NCBI GenBank assembly: GCA_903813345.2
Contig: CAIIXF020000001.1
Coordinates: 17,608,001 to 17,672,000 of the forward strand
Reading direction: 5' to 3'
Length of the DNA: 64,000 bases
From: Owenia fusiformis
Taxonomy: Eukaryota
The notes under the pieces are model-generated. The model did no database searches and was not told the DNA's origin. It saw only the letters and a program-made list of their open reading frames with translations. Below, in pieces: positions 1 through 11,000 of this stretch. Positions within the stretch are counted from its first letter, which is position 1. The number at the start of each line of letters is the position of its first letter. The position numbers were made by a program, and so were the translations under genes.

Positions 1-15
1 GGAATTTAGAATGTT

Positions 16-1774
16 TCACTGGCTCTTTAAAACTGTGATTGCTGTTGAGACATAGTGAGCCACGATTTCAATAATTTTGCTATTCATCACATCACTAAGG
101 TTGGTATCCCCATACAAAAGTGTATCTGATTTCTTAGAGATTGTTAAATTTCTGAAATCTGGCAGACATTCCAGTTCGTCGAGTCCTGCAAGAAGCAATT
201 CCCTTTCATTTATGAGCAGTGGACATTTGATTAGAAAATGAGAAGTGGTTTGATGAGCTGCACCACATGGACATTTGGGATCATTAATTGTGGTAAAATT
301 GTGGGCATGTAAATGGCTATTAAGCAAGAGTCCAGCTCTAAGTCTGTTGAAAGTAATTTCAGTTTGTCTTGGCATAGTGTACTCCATTTTGGATGTGGGT
401 AAGGATACATGGCTCCTTTGCTTCCTGACTGATCTTTTAAATCTTGAGATTGGCTGCCCAACTCGGATAGTTGGTGGAAGCCCATTCCAAGCTGAGATGG
501 CACTAAAGATTGTAGATTTTTTGGTTGAGACACTAGTATGTAATGGAATCTGATAATCTGGCTGATCTCTCAGCCTTCTAGTGTGAACAATTTCATAAGT
601 TCTCACCACATCACAGATGAAGGGAGGTAAAGCATTAAAGCGTGCCTTAAAAATAAAATTTTTTAAGTGCTCATCTCTTCTCGATGCCAGCTTTTTCCAA
701 TTTAGAGAAGAAAGTACCTTATCAGTATTTGACCCATGAATAGCACCTGAAACTAGGCAGGCTGCTCTATAGTGCAGACTTTCGAGAGCTTGGAGCTTAA
801 GAGCTGATGCTTTATTGTAAATTATGTCACAGTAATCTAAGTGGGGTATGAAGTAAGCATTGTAAATTGTTTCAAGATGTTTGCTTGATAACTTTTTACT
901 AAGAGCCTTCAATGGCCTCATTAAAATTGTCAATTTGTTAATCAGTTGGTCAATGTGGGCATTAAAGTTTAAGTGTTTATCTAACACTATTCCTAAGTGC
1001 TTATGGGTATCTGTCATTGGTATTTGCTAATTTCCTAAAGTTAATGATGGTTGAGCTGCTAATTGGGTTCTTTGGCCATAAAAGGTTAGATCAGCACTTT
1101 TTTGGGCTTTAAATTGCATGCGCCAAGTGGTTGCCCATTGGTTAAGATTGTTCAGATCTTGTTGAAGGGGTTGATTTAAATTCAATAGCATGTCAGAGTT
1201 TCTGTCATAGGCATCATAAAGTGACGTATCATCAGCAAAAAATAAAAGCTTTGGAGTTTAAGTTGTCAGGTAAATCGTTAATATATATTAAAAAAAGTAG
1301 GGGACCCAAAACAGAACCTTGGGGAACACCGGCATTTATAATGTATTGGGGTTTATTGGGATTATTGACCGGATTGTTGTTGTTACCAATTAATTCAGGA
1401 TCAGAGGACCAATCGGAAAGGCAGTTATTAATACGCACTTTAACCCTTCTGTCTTTAAGATAGGAGGTCATTAATAGAATAATTTCATTGCTACATCCGT
1501 ATGCTTTAAGTTTTTTTATTAAGAGTTTGTGGGGTACCAAATCAAATGCAGACGTCAGGTCTAAAAATATTGAACGGACATTTTTCTGTTGATCAACATT
1601 AGTTTGTATATCATGAACAATGTTGATCAGTTGATTCACCGTATTGTGTTGTGGTAAAAAACCACTTTGAAATTTATACAAGAGATTATTATCCAGTAAA
1701 TGAAGAAGGAGTCTGTTGTGGATTATTTTTTCTAATACTTTGGATAGTGAGCATAGTAATGTAACTGGTCTATA
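16..1774 (-). mobile_element. 5'-truncated non-LTR retrotransposon (CR1/L2-like clade) ORF2 fragment: RT domain plus C-terminal CCHC, disabled; lies in an ACE intron in sense orientation
   Basis: Minus frame from 1774 reads YRPVTLLCSLSKVLEK...FQSGF...FLDLTSAFDLVPH...GVPQGSVLGPLLFLIYINDL. A +1 T frameshift at ~1240 precedes the (F)ADD catalytic motif, and there is an in-frame TAG at ~1027-1029. ORF 16-1017 continues with HKHLGIVLD...LDYCDIIY and CPCG-x7-H-x4-C. Clade assignment is from motif recall only. Confidence 0.92.
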
Positions 1775-1928
1775 TGATCATGTCTGATACTCATAAAGTT
1801 AAACTTAAAATCTTAATCATAATAGGTGTAACCTAGATGAATATGATCTACAGTGTATACAGAGAGTGCTATCCCTTTTTATAACATCACTAATTTTATC
1901 ATAACTATCATAACGGTTATTTGATTAC

Positions 1929-2027
1929 CTGATGTAAGGCGTGTTTCCAGGTATATGGTATTTGGCACCTGGATCAAAATCGTCTTCTGTTCTTTGTACA
2001 GGTGGAGAAACTCCTTGGTACTTGCAT
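1929..2027 (-). CDS. ACE: ACE exon 11 (99 nt)
   Basis: (R)[32 protein letters not shown](R); ttctAG / GTAATC. Confidence 0.95.
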
Positions 2028-5000
2028 CTAGAAAAGATGAACAAGTTGATCGTGTTTGAAAATACATCACATAGAACAGCCTTCATTCTCTTCGTAAATT
2101 ATTACAGCAAGTTTAATGTATATTGTCATATTTTGATTTAAGTACCTTAGATCCCACCATTTTTTATTATAATCCTCGGGTGAAGTCTCTCCATTGAACA
2201 CACTCCATCTCCACTGGTCAATGAGGTATCCGAAAGGCAGGAATGCTATTTTCTTCAGAGCCTGGCTCAAAAGGAAGTTGATGTCACTTTCTAAATGGAA
2301 AAATAATTGTGTTGAATTTAATCAGCATTATGTATATTATACTGATTATGAATGTGCATGGTTATCCTTATGAATCTGAAAATACTCAGTGAACACATGG
2401 ATTGTTAAAACATTTAATTATTTAGTTTGTGTTTTAGAGATCTTTGAATTGATTCAATAACATTTAATCGTTGTTGCGCTACTGTGCATACAGGTAAGTT
2501 TGATTCAAACGATGTTAAGTAAAGCATCGCCTTTTGGACCTTGTTGATTAATGTCGACAGTGCGTTTACCTTCGTCATCTACGACTTCCTCAAGAAGGCC
2601 AATTTCTTTCAGATGTTTTGGGGTTGACACAGACAAAGACATGACATCCCCCACGGCCTCATGGAAACCTATAGAAAAGTTATGAACTATATTTGACTGT
2701 TTAAAATTACATAATATCCTACTTCTTATGAATAATGGACGAGTAAGTAAATGTACTGGGTGATGTCACCCACAGTCTCGTGGAAACCCAAGCACAGAAA
2801 AGTTATGAAGTAATTGACTGTTTAAAATTACATAACATTCTACTTTTAATGAGTGAGTAAAGTATATTATTAATCAAGATGAAGTTCAGTACTTAACTTC
2901 AAGTCTGAAGTAATTGACTGTTTAAAATGACATAACATTCTACTTTTGATGAACGAGTTATAAGTATGAATAAGGATGGAGTTCAGTGCTTGAGTTCAAT
3001 TGAAACAGACATTTAGTTGCATGTCATGTTATTTGATAATATAAAGATGTAGGTCATATCTGCTTGCAATTGTACACACGTTTATATAGGTCATATCTGA
3101 ATTTATAGGTCAAATCTAAATATATATATTATATCTCATTGTAGATCATATCTGAATGAACATCTCAACAGACATGATATAATTTCGGCCATTTTACCAG
3201 GATTTGCTCCTCTCCTAAAGACGACAGGTAGGTTTTTATACTGCAGGTAATATTGGATGTGGCCCATCTCGTGGTGTGTTGTAATAAGGTCAGACATGGT
3301 GATGTCTGTGCACTGTTTAATCCTGAAACACATAATATTCATTAACATGTGTATTATGACCTAGTACTTTCTTTAGTGAATCATAGTTTTGGATATTGGG
3401 GGTTGGTTTTTCTTATTGATAGCTCTCTTCTATTATGTTTATGTTGTTTGGCATAATATTTGGTCTTTACTCTTTTTGCACCGTCCTGTGTTTGGACGAT
3501 TGGTATTGTTGGCATATCGTTTTAATTATCTATTTTAATATTCCAAAATAAGCATATCCAGTGAAATGTACAAAAACAAATACACAAACACAACAGTGGT
3601 TAAACAGAAACCTACCCAAGAAATGAAAACATCAAAACAATATGTAATAAGACAACATCCAAATACTGAATGAGCAACCCTTTTCCAATTGAATCAATCT
3701 TCTAATCACTACCCCAAGCCCAGGCCGCGGAGTTCAGTTCCAATAGGTAAGACCAGTTACAGTTTAGCAATTCCGCTCCCCTGTCGGTGCCCGTCACATT
3801 CCTTGTCATATTCCAATACAAAGAAGCAGCGAGCAGAAAGAAACTTGTTTCAGTAATGCTTGGTCAATTTTGGGTCAAGGTTGATGGCAGAAGAAATTAT
3901 CATATGCTTTGCTTAGCTCGGCTAGTTCAAAAGTTTAAGACCTATATCAAACAAATGCAGATGGTATATCTAATAGTAAATATTCTACTTCTATATTAGC
4001 TCTCACCTGAAATCTTTTTGGTTAAGGAAATCCCAAGCAGATGCGTGGCAGACGACATCTCGCCCATCATCAGGCTTTACTATCATGGAATGGTTCCAGA
4101 ACTCCTCTGGCATTGGAATAAGGCCTAGTGACGTAAAAAACTCTTCCGATACTTCAAACATCTTCTGTGCTGTGTAATTCTGTAATAATACAATCACTTC
4201 AAGTTCACCGTTTCAATGGCTATAGTTATAAAGGAAAATGATTTGCTTGATCACTGAGGCAATCAAGTTATCAATTACAAGGGCGTCATTAGGACAACAG
4301 ATTAAATGGGACAAACGCAAATTGTCGGTAAAAGACTAATTAAAGGGACTCCATTTCCACAATTTAGTTTCTAGGAATGAATATATTTCTTCAAAAACGT
4401 TAGCGAAGCAGTTGCTTCACCAGCCTCATGCATGGCCTAATCTCACCTGCCTCATGCCTGGCCTCACCTGCCTCATGCGTGGCTATGTCCTTAATCATGT
4501 GATTTGTCATAGAAGCATGTATAAACATAGGATCGACCAACCTGTTCTTTCAAAGCCTCTGTAACATCAACACTTGGTTTATTCTTGAATGGCTGCAGCA
4601 AGTCTGAGTAGAGATTTCCCCAACTCTGGGCCCACATGTTCCCTATAAGGGCATAACACTCTTGTTTTACAACTCAGTATAGATGATGATACAACTGAAG
4701 TCATGTATTGAAGTGAATCAGCCCTATTGTGGAAATACAATAACATACAATACAATATGTACAATACAATACAAGAGAGGAGTAGGACAAGGCTGCCCAT
4801 TATCCTATTAGTTTTTCATCATTGGGGCAGAATTACCAAGCGCAGCGACTAGAAGAGACTGGTACCAAACTGAATGATCACCTGAAAACAGCAATAAGGA
4901 CAGCACAATTTGCTTCTGACACTACACTACTGCTCCAAGATGAAACATCAATAGCCCCAGCAGTAAAACTACTCGAAATGTTCAGAGAAACAACTGGTAT

Positions 5001-8000
5001 GTGCATTATCAAGGAGAAAACAGAGAAGGTAACAATTGGTAAAAACCCAAAATGAAGTACAAACCCTGTGCAAATTAAGAACTTGTTTGATTAGACAATT
5101 GGAAAACATAGGAAAAAAATAGAAGACATAGATTATCAAGAAGCTTTGGAAAACATCGAAGCCCAAATTAAAATTAAAGTGGAAGACAAGGAGTTAAAAA
5201 ACAAATATAACTTATCCTAACAAACACTCGTGGAGTTAAACCGTAACGAAATTATTCTGTGTATACCCTCATCAACCCGGGGTTATCATATAGACAAAAG
5301 CTGATTGAAAGGGGAAAACTTCACTTCAAAAAGTCACCCAGAGAACTATTGCCAAAGCTCAAGTAAAACACTGTCTTATAGTATCTAAAAAATCTAAAAA
5401 TGCAACCAATAAAAGCACAAGATAGGTGGCTAAATATGAATGAAGATATAACTTCAGGGAATTGGATCAAATATACACCACTACTTAAGAATAGTAATGC
5501 GAAACTAAGCTTGTTCCTCGGGAGATGCACATATTTCCCTTTGGATAAACCCTGTATCCAAAACCTCCCAGTACATAACCCTTGTATATATCATGGCTTT
5601 TATTTAACTCACCTAAGAGATGAGCTGGGATTTGTCCAGTGGAAGGAAATTTATCTTCTCCATATTTATCAATGAGCTTCCTTTTTACATAGGCATGCAA
5701 ATTCAGATAGAGCGGTTTGAGCTGTTCGTATAATTTTTGGCATTCTTCACGTAGATTGTCCATGTCATACCAAGAACGCCAATATTCGCCCGTATCGGCA
5801 TATCCTATAAAAACACAGGGTACTCAGGAAGTAAAGTTAGGAATGGTTTTATTTACACTGAAATTGCTAAACAACCTATATTCCTCAAATCTAATACTCT
5901 TAATTTAGCTGTTGAAAATATTTGGTAGGTCTACCCCTTTTCATTGAATTTTTAAGGGACATATTATTCTATCTAATAACAAAGTCACTGTTCCACAACT
6001 AGTTACTTTGACGGAACGTCAATGTAACAAAATGGATGGATTTCCTCTTTAAGAGTTTTCTGATTTCTCGATTTAAACTTGCTTATAAGTCAAGCTGTAG
6101 ATTACAATTTGGCACAAAGCAAGAAAATATAGTCCAGTTTCAATAACTTTCTTCAATTTGGAATTTGTTTGTAAATGAAGTTGCAATTCATATATTTAGC
6201 CCCTCGCTTTTGTTACATTGACGAAAGTCCGTTATATTACCAATATGTTACTTTGACGACTAACGCCAATGCAACAAAAGCGATGGTCTAAATGCATGAA
6301 TTCTAGCTTTTTTAAAAGATCAAATTCCAAACCGAGGGCATTTCTAAAAGCTAGACTATATCGTCTAACTTTGTGCCAAATGATAATCCGCAACATTACT
6401 TATACGTAAGTTTAAATCGAGAAAACAAAAAACTCGTATCCAGGAAGTTCATCCATTTTGTTACATTGACGTTCCGTCAAAGTAACTAGTTGTGGAACAG
6501 TGATAGTTCAACGTACCGTTGGCGCGTGCGGCCTCATTACTGATATTTACGAACTCCTTGTACAAATTGCGCATCTTTCTCCCGGACACATTTCTCCATC
6601 CAAACCACGCCCACAATAGTTTATCATAGTCACGTGACTCTGCTAGTATCCTAGTTAGACCTAAAAAGGCACATGTGTTTGTATTTCCTAACATTTCTAA
6701 ATGCTTTCATCTTATTTATGAATATAAATTAAACTCTACTAATTTATTGTTAATATAAAAAAATGCAATAACGATACGGGGTTTTAGTTTAGTTTTACGA
6801 TTATACTGTAACAGCGAAGTTTCAGGAACACCCACAAGGCTACAAGTAGTCATGCATTTAGCATATTAACGAAAATGATTGGTGCAAAGAAATGTGTCAT
6901 TCTTTGATAATAAAAGCATGGCGGTTAGAGAGAAACAAAAGCAGAATAACGGCGACATTTTATTTCATTAAGGGTATGGACTACTCCCAACGCTCGTACC
7001 TGGATCAAGATTGTTGCACGTTGAATCATCATCACAAAGTTGTGCAGAGCTGTATAGACGTTCTAACTCAGATTCTATTACCTTTAACTAAACAGCAAAA
7101 TGCAGGATATGAAATACTGTAATATGCAAAACTGACATATCATGCAGGCTAAAGTGACTCTATGCGTAGGGGGTTTGTACCATTTTTAGTGTTAATGTCA
7201 ATAGAAGCGAAGGCGAAGGTATTCATATCACGAGATTCATTCATTTTGGGTCTTTTTTGTCTATCGCATATGCCATCTATTCATTCAAAGTTACGAAAAA
7301 ACACCTTCCTGAAAAGTGTGCACGGTCTGCTAACCTGAACTTCTGAACTTCTACTGCTATTTATCACGAAAGCTAATTTTTATTACTTCAACGAATAGCT
7401 GCACAAAAGGAGCTTTGTATAGTATTCAATAAGATTTTTGTTCTACGTTTCTTCTCAGTTAATACGCATAGTGCCTCTTTAAGATTCAAAACTAAATACA
7501 TGCATGTATTGTTGGACATGTGATAATTAAGTGCTATATAAAGAAACTCTGAATCACGCCTAACCATCGCGTAAGCAGGCGTCACCGTACAGCGTCAAAA
7601 AATACCGTAGTACAGTTTTCTGTACGGTGACGAAAATTAACTGAGTTGAAGCAAAAACTTTAATGAGGGTTTTAAAAAGATTAATTAGATGAAAATAAAT
7701 ACGATTTCGGGTGTAATGAAAACAGCATTCTCTTAGGAATGGTTTTAACTTTCTAATTATGATAAAAGTTTTTCGAGCACTGCTCGGATTTTTTCTGACT
7801 GGATCGGCCCACATAATCGACTCGAGAGAAAAAGGGTGTTTTTTCACTTTTCGTTTGGTTATTATTTTCCCTGTCGTCTGAGAGTATGGATTATTTTTAT
7901 GAGAATATGTATTTGTTATCTACACATTTTTAGAACAGATGAATATTCGGCAAATAATCATTCAGTGTATTTATTTTAAAAAGATCAGAACTGTACGGTG

Positions 8001-11000
8001 ACGCATCAGCTGAACGGTGACGCTTCCTTAGATTTTAGGAAGTGCTCTAAGCTTACTGTTCGAACAAGAGGTAATGAAACGTCAGATCTACATGTACATT
8101 ATCACTGGTTAGTATCAAGCGAAGGTTACAGCCGTCACCTTCGCATTTAAGATGGCGGACAGGAAGTATTAATTTCGATATTTTTACTTTTCATGGAATT
8201 AACTATTTGAAAGTTGACGTAATGCTTTGGTATCATTTGAACTAAACCAGGCTTTTCTCATATGACTAACAAAGATAGCCTACACAGCCATCTTTACCCC
8301 ATGCAAGATATTGCATCTTTCATCCTAAAAAGTCACACGTGCAAGATGAGATTTACTTGTGACATCCCTTGTTTTAAAATACAATAACATAGCAACAAGA
8401 GAGTTTTTGGTTTCATGATCTTTACCGTATCATACATTTCCAGTAACCTTCCATTAAGCTGTGGAAGATATCGTTGAACTGTAGCGCCCATGCACTATAT
8501 ATGAACAAATGATCATACTCCGGAGTTTCCATTTCATACAATCTTAGTCTCATTTAGTTCATCATAGCATAGCGTCACCGTACAGCTGGTGCGTCACCGT
8601 ACAAATTTGATCTTTTTTAAATATACATAATGAATGGTTGTTTGCTGAATCTTCGCCCGTTCTAAAATGTGTAAGTAACAAATACATATTCTCATAAAAA
8701 TAATCCATACTCTCAGACGGTAGGGAAAATAATAACCAAACAAAATGTGAAAAAACAACCTTTTTTCACTCTGGTCGATTATGTGGGCCGATTCACTCAG
8801 AAAAAATCCGAACAGTGCTCGTAAAACGTTTATCATAATCAGAAAACTGTACTCCGCTATTTTTTGACGCTGTACGGTGACGCCTGCTTACGCGATGGTA
8901 AGGCGTGTGAATCCCATATTGTCTTTGAGATGTCCATCCACATTGATTACTTAAAAAATTCACATCTTAAATTTAACAAAGCTAGTGTGAAATTGTAAGT
9001 TTCTGGCAAAGATAGTTTAGAATTAGCGACAATGCAGGTGGACTGCCTTTGCTTATACGAGTCATATCACCAAACATAATTAGAAAAGGCCAAGATTAAA
9101 ACTATAATAGGATACTTGTATTTTATTCAAAGTGTGGATTATGCGCTCATATTTTTGAGCTGAGTTTACTCATCCACTATCAATACACATAAAACTATTT
9201 TTCAAATCAAAAACACTTGTTACATTTTCACTTACTACTTACATGCAAAGACTTTAGTTTAAATAAAAACAGTTGTTGTACCAGAATGAAGTGCTGTGAA
9301 GTTTGGAGGTTTTTAACCTATTCATTGTAAAACCATTACTACCAAGTAGTAAATCCCCGGAGTAAATCTAATATCTGTGACAAAACAAAATCCTTATCCT
9401 CGTTCCGTTATTGTGATTTAGTCTATTCAATCGCTATCAGCGTGGCCTTATGATTAAACTGGAACGTGAATTTTTAACATGGATGCAACAAAAATCTTAT
9501 GATTTTGTGTCTCGTTGTAAAGTAATTTACCGCATAAGGCATACTTCTAAAATGCAAAACCTCCATTCTTACGCACTCCATCTTGTTACAGAATTGTAGT
9601 CGAGAGCAAAAAGGGTCACATATCAACAACATTATAGTTAGAAGTGCATTTCCTTAAACATTGAAGGCAGTATCAGATCAGTATAGGGATGAAAAATTGC
9701 AAGCAAGAATGTTGAAATTCTCTCAAATAATATAAATGGTAACCGTTAGAGAAAAATAATACATTATTGTAAAAACTTTAGTTTTACTGAAATGAAATAT
9801 GCACTTTGGGGATTTTTAGAAAATAAACATGACAAGGAATGATATGAGCCAAACACATTTTAAAATTGAAATAAATTGTCGCTTGATCTGATTCACCCTT
9901 TAATTGTACCAGATATGCAATACTAATTACTACAATTTAAAAAACACAGCATAACAAGGTTGTGTTAGTTGATAAACAATTAATAGGAAGCTTTTGCATA
10001 ACGGAACGTGTAGCCTTAGTCACACCGAACATCTACCTGGTTCCAAGTGAAGGCACTCATCTGGGGTACGGCAAAGCGCTGCCGTTGCATAAATTTTCCT
10101 CATGTTCGCACCCAGCTGGTTTATCTTTAAGGAATGGAGAAATTGTTTGTTAGCAAATTGATTCTAGAAAGCTTATCTGAAACAAATATGTTTGACGTAT
10201 ATGAGTGTGAGTGTAAGCCTCTAGTTTTATTGTATTTTATTGCGATATGATATGCAAGTCATGTCAAGCCCAAGTCAAGTAGGATGTCAAAATGAAGACG
10301 GCGTGGTACAGGGGGCTAATAAAAGAGTAAGTGTAGATTGTATAATTGCTTACAAACTTCTCAAAAGGTCGATGGTTTTATCTTCGTGTAGATGATGCAT
10401 ATTATTAGAAGAAGGGGTAGGAGGTATAAAATGTTGGAAGTAGTATTTCAAGAAACATGCCAGAGTTTCCCTTGTAATCCTCCATTTTATGAAAATATAT
10501 CTGAGCAAATGAAGACATTTTTAGGACTAAGTTTCCATCCCTTCTACTCTCTTTAAATCTAATCTTATGAAGTGGTTGTCATCTCACAAATATTCTTACA
10601 TATTTACATAGGCTTAGGTTTACACGATCACTAGAATTAAAGCGTTTGTGATTTGAATATCTAAGTATAACATAACTATATCGAATGACACTTATAAATA
10701 ATTGAAGAGACGCGAGGCTAAATATACAGCGACATACCACTCATCAAATTAATGTTGTTTTTTGTTGAATATTTGTTTAGAATTAGAATGGTACATAAAA
10801 TGCAAGTACTTCTTGAATAAACATACAAAATTCATTTATCAACGCGAATCAATGCTACTGTCATTTACAATTCACTAGTGGATAACAAGAGTTATCTAAA
10901 GACTTGCGCGTGTACACCCCCTACACCCAGTTCTACATCCCAGTAAAGGAAGGTCACCTTTTATGTTTGGCGATTTTAACAAAATATTTTATCATCAATC

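Noticed and set aside
231-553. Overlapping 100-aa and 92-aa ORFs
   Set aside because: Alternative-frame and antisense shadows of the LINE ORF2.
4420-4486. Short GCCTCATGC-containing tandem repeat in ACE intron 6
   Set aside because: About three degenerate copies; ordinary slippage with no further structure.
7388-8836. ORFs 7388-7585, 7560-7847 and 8594-8836 as a transposase
   Set aside because: They overlap the inverted arms of the MITE and show no DDE or Transib motifs.
9243-9317. 75-nt AG/GTAAGT-bounded open segment on the minus strand between exons 3a and 3b as a third exon-3 variant
   Set aside because: Wrong length and phase, no pyrimidine tract, and no convincing ACE similarity (lacks the Cys pair and L[ED]P).
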